Shown: positions 60,416 through 64,000 of the stretch, piece after piece
How positions within the stretch are numbered: the stretch's first letter is position 1
Layout of the letters: the number at the start of each line of letters is the position of its first letter
Assembly: GCA_030390025.1 (NCBI GenBank)
Contig: CM059431.1
Coordinates: forward strand, 139,564,001 to 139,628,000
Source: Squalus acanthias
Lineage: Eukaryota
DNA length: 64,000 nucleotides
Reading direction: 5' to 3'
Notes under the pieces: model-generated
Told to the model about the DNA's origin: nothing
Database searches by the model: none
Seen by the model: the letters and a program-made list of their open reading frames with translations, nothing else
Made by a program: the position numbers and the translations under genes

Positions 60416-60780
60416 GGGTACGGTAGCATAGTGGTTATGTTACGGGACTAATTATTCAGAGGTCCTAGATAAATGATCTGGATCGTGAGTTCGAATCCCA
60501 CCACAGGCAGATGGGAAATTTAAATTAAATTAATTAAATAAATCTGGAATTAAATGCTAATATCTTGAAACTACCGGATTGTAATAAAAACCAATCTGTT
60601 TCACTAATGTCCTTTTGGGAAGGAAATCTGCCATAATTACCTGGTCTGGTCTATATTTGACTCCAGACCCACATCAAAGTGGTTGACTCTTAACTGCCTT
60701 CTGTGGCTCAAGAAGCCAGCTCACAACCATCTTATCAAGGGCAATTAGGGATGGGCAATAAATGCCGGCCTTGCTGAATA
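60416..60780 (+). mobile_element. tRNA-derived SINE with a family-B LINE tail
   Basis: A-box TAGCATAGTGG, B-box GAGTTCGAATCC, tail GGGCAATTAGGGATGGGCAATAAATGCCGGCCTTGC. Confidence 0.8.
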
Positions 60781-61039
60781 AAAAAAAACAACAAAGAATA
60801 ATCGCCTGGTTTCTCTTACCAGCTTCCGATGTTCCCCAAGAAATTTCCGCATTGCATTCACCCAGGAGATGCTTAACACTAATGTAATAAATGCAAAAGC
60901 CTTCCCCTCCATTATTAACCTTTTTATTTTGGAAGGGAGTAGACTGTCCACTAGAGCTTCCTAACATTAAAATATATCTCAAGCTCGTCTGAAGCTTTCC
61001 TCTGCTTACCAGGTAATAATACGGACACAAAAAAAGAAC

Positions 61040-63845
61040 AATGAGCACAGGCGAACCTGCAGATCCCTCTTCACTAATATCTGGGGACTTGTATCAAAAT
61101 TGGGAGAGCTGTGTAACAGACAAAACAAGCAATAGCCTCACATATTCATACTCAGAGCATCATAGCTTTCAGCCAAAGTCCCAAACAGCTCCATCACCAT
61201 CCTTGAGTATGGCCTCTCGCATCACGAGGACAAACCCAACAGAGATAGCGGTACAGTGGTATACAGTCGGGAGGGAGTGGACATGTAATCCTCAACATTG
61301 TCTCTGGACCCCATGAATCTCATGGCATCAGGTCAAACATGGGCAAATAAATCTCCTGCTCACCAGCAACTACCGACTTGCTTCAGCTGATGAATAAATA
61401 CTCATTCATGTTGAACATGGGGACTTTAATGTCAATTACCAAGAGTGGCTCGGTAGCACTAGTACTGACCGAGCTGGCCGAGTCCTGAATGAGATAGCTG
61501 CCAGACTGAGTTTGCAGCAGGTGGTACGAAAACCAATACGAGGTAAAAAACCTACTCGATTTCGTCCTAACCAATCTACCTGTCGCAGATGCATCTTTCC
61601 ATGGCAGTATTGGTAGGAGTGAACAAAGCACAGTTCATGTGGAGACGAAATCCCGTCTTCACACTGAGGACACTCTACGTCGTATTTTTTGTCACTACCA
61701 CCATGCTAAATGGGATAGATTCAGAATAGTTCTAGCAGTTCAAAACTGGCCATCCATGAGGCGCAGTGGGCCATTAGCAGCAGCAGAATTGCATTCCAAA
61801 ACAATATGTAACCTCATGGACCGGCATATTCCTCACTCTACCATTACATTCCAGCCAGGCGACCAGCCCTTTTTCAATGTGGATTGCAGAAGACCGTGCA
61901 GATGCAGCACGAGGCGTAACTGAAAATGAGGTGCCAAACAGTTGAAGGTATCACACAGGACTACACAGCGGGAGCAGCTTGCTCTAGACAGAACTATGCG
62001 ATCCCATAACCAATGGATCAAATAAAAACTCTGCAGTCCTGCCTCATCCAGTCATGAATGGTGGTGGACAATTAAACAACTAAAGGGAGGAGCAGGGTTC
62101 ATGAATATCCCAATCCTCAACATTGATGGAGCCCAGCACGTGAGTGCAATAGACAAAGCTGAAGCATTTGCAACCATCTTCAGCCAGAAGTGCCGAGTGG
62201 ATGATTCATCTCATCCTCCTCCTGAGGTCCCCACCATCACAGCAGCCAGTCTTCAGCCAATTCGATTCACTCAACGTGATATCGAGAAATGGCTCAGCAC
62301 TCAGGATACAGTAAAGTGTCGGGGCCCCAACAACACCCCGGCTGTCGTGCTGAAGACCCGTATTCCAGAAGTAGCTACGTCTCTAGCCAAGCTGTTCCAG
62401 TACAGATACAACACTGGCATCTACCTGATAAAGTGAGTGTGTCCTCAGAGTGAAGACGGGATTTCGTCTCCACAAGGACAGTGCTTTGGTCACTCCGACC
62501 AATACTGTCATGGACAGATGCATCTGCGACAGGACGAGTTCGAGTCGGTTTTCCATCGTATTGTTTCTCGCATCACCTGCCGCAAACCCAGGCATCACAT
62601 GTCCACAAAATGCAGGACAACTGCAATCCGGCCAATTGCCGCTCCAGCAGCATATTCCCAATCATCAGGAAAATGATGACAGGTTTTGCTGACAATGCTA
62701 TCAAGCGACACTTACTCACCAATAACCTGCTCACTGATGCTCAGCTGTGGTTCCACCAGGACCATTCGGCTGCAGACCTCATTACAGCCTTGGACCAAAT
62801 ACGGACACAAGAGCTGAATTCCAGATGTGAGGTGAGAGTGACTGCCCTTCTGGCAGCAATTGACCGAGTGTGGCATCAAGAATCCAATGGGAATCAGGAG
62901 GACAACGCTCTACTGGCTGGAGTCACACCTAGTTCAAAACAAGATTTTTGTGATGGTTGGAAGCCAATATTCTCAGACCCAAGACCTCGCAGCTGGAGTT
63001 CCTCCGGGCAGTGACTTAGGTCCAATCATCTTCAGCTGTTTTAAAAATGACCTTCCCTCCAACATGAAGTGAGAAGTGTGGATGTTCGCTGATGATTGCA
63101 TAGTTCAGTTCCATTCGCAATACCTCAGATAATCTAACCACCTCCCTTGACAGTCAATGCCATTACCATTGCCGAAGGCCCCACCATTGAACAGAAACAT
63201 AACTTAACTGTACCAGCCACATAAATACTATGGCTGCAAGAGCAGATCATAGTTTGGGTATTCGACGGCGAGTGTCTCATCTCTTGACTCCACTAAGCTT
63301 TTCCAACACCTACAAGGCACAAGTCATTAGTGCGCTGGAATACGTCCCACTTGCCTGGATAAATGAAGCTACAACAGCACACAAGAAGGTCGACACCATC
63401 GAGGACATAAGAACACAGCATCCCACTTCAGCCGTGCCTCATCCACTACTTAAACATTCACAACCTCCACCAGCAGCGCAACTTGGCTGAATGTGTACCA
63501 TCTACAAAATGCCCTGCAGCAACTCGCCAAGTCTTATTCGACAGACCTTCCCAAAACCGCGACCTCTACCACATAGAAAAATAAGGGCAGCAAGCTCATT
63601 GGAACACCACCACGTACAAATTCACCTCCAAGTGATATCGTGACTTGGAGATACATCACCATTCCTTATCGTCGCTGGGCCAATATTGTGGAACTCCATA
63701 CCTAACAACACTGATAGTACCTTCAGCACCAAAACTGCAGCGGTTCAAGAAGGAAGCTCAAAACCACCTTCTCAAAGTCAATTAGGGAATGGCAATAAAT
63801 GCCGGCATTGCCAGCGACGCCTACATCCCATGAATGAATAAACAA
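61040..63845 (+). mobile_element. Family-B CR1-group LINE ORF2 (EN+RT+3' UTR), decayed, with an internal inverted insert at ~62434-62593
   Basis: GDFNV, DKAEAFATIFSQKC, GPNNTPAVVLK, IDRVWHQ, YKAQV and the 3' tail. Confidence 0.88.
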
Positions 63846-64000
63846 TTTTTTTTTCGTGATAGAAAAGCTGGCTGAAATTATCTCTTTTAGGAGAATATCT
63901 ATTGTGCAGCTAAGTGTTGTTTTAACAATAGAGTGTGGCTGATCATGAGGTTCTGTATGTCTGAACGGCTCTATGACTCGGATTTACCTGATCGGATTCA

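Overview
Vertebrate genomic DNA, inferred to be a cartilaginous fish (shark-like) from its repeat content: dense CR1-group and L2 LINE fragments, a SacSINE1/Deu-domain SINE, a ~65-bp minisatellite and a GPR139-like receptor. About three quarters of the window is mobile-element debris (by-eye estimate). The only clearly intact host gene is a two-exon class A GPCR (46098-47531, 329 aa). The main non-host content is: (i) an apparently intact, young Penelope-like (Neptune-type) retroelement with a 971-codon RT+GIY-YIG ORF, near-identical terminal repeats each holding a minimal hammerhead ribozyme, and a 12-bp TSD; (ii) a decayed provirus (33853-39432) with gag, truncated pro/pol, an unknown accessory ORF and an env resembling F-type fusion proteins (lokiretrovirus-like); (iii) a second, two-LTR element (53135-58053; PBS, PPT, 4-bp TSD) with no recognisable gag or pol but carrying a homologous env remnant; (iv) a 98-bp perfect palindrome with a hammerhead on each strand inserted in an LTR; (v) a GC-rich CsRn1-like Gypsy element; (vi) a promoter-like/exon-like cassette present in 3-4 tandem and inverted copies. 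All calls were made by eye without searches. Boundaries of decayed elements are approximate.
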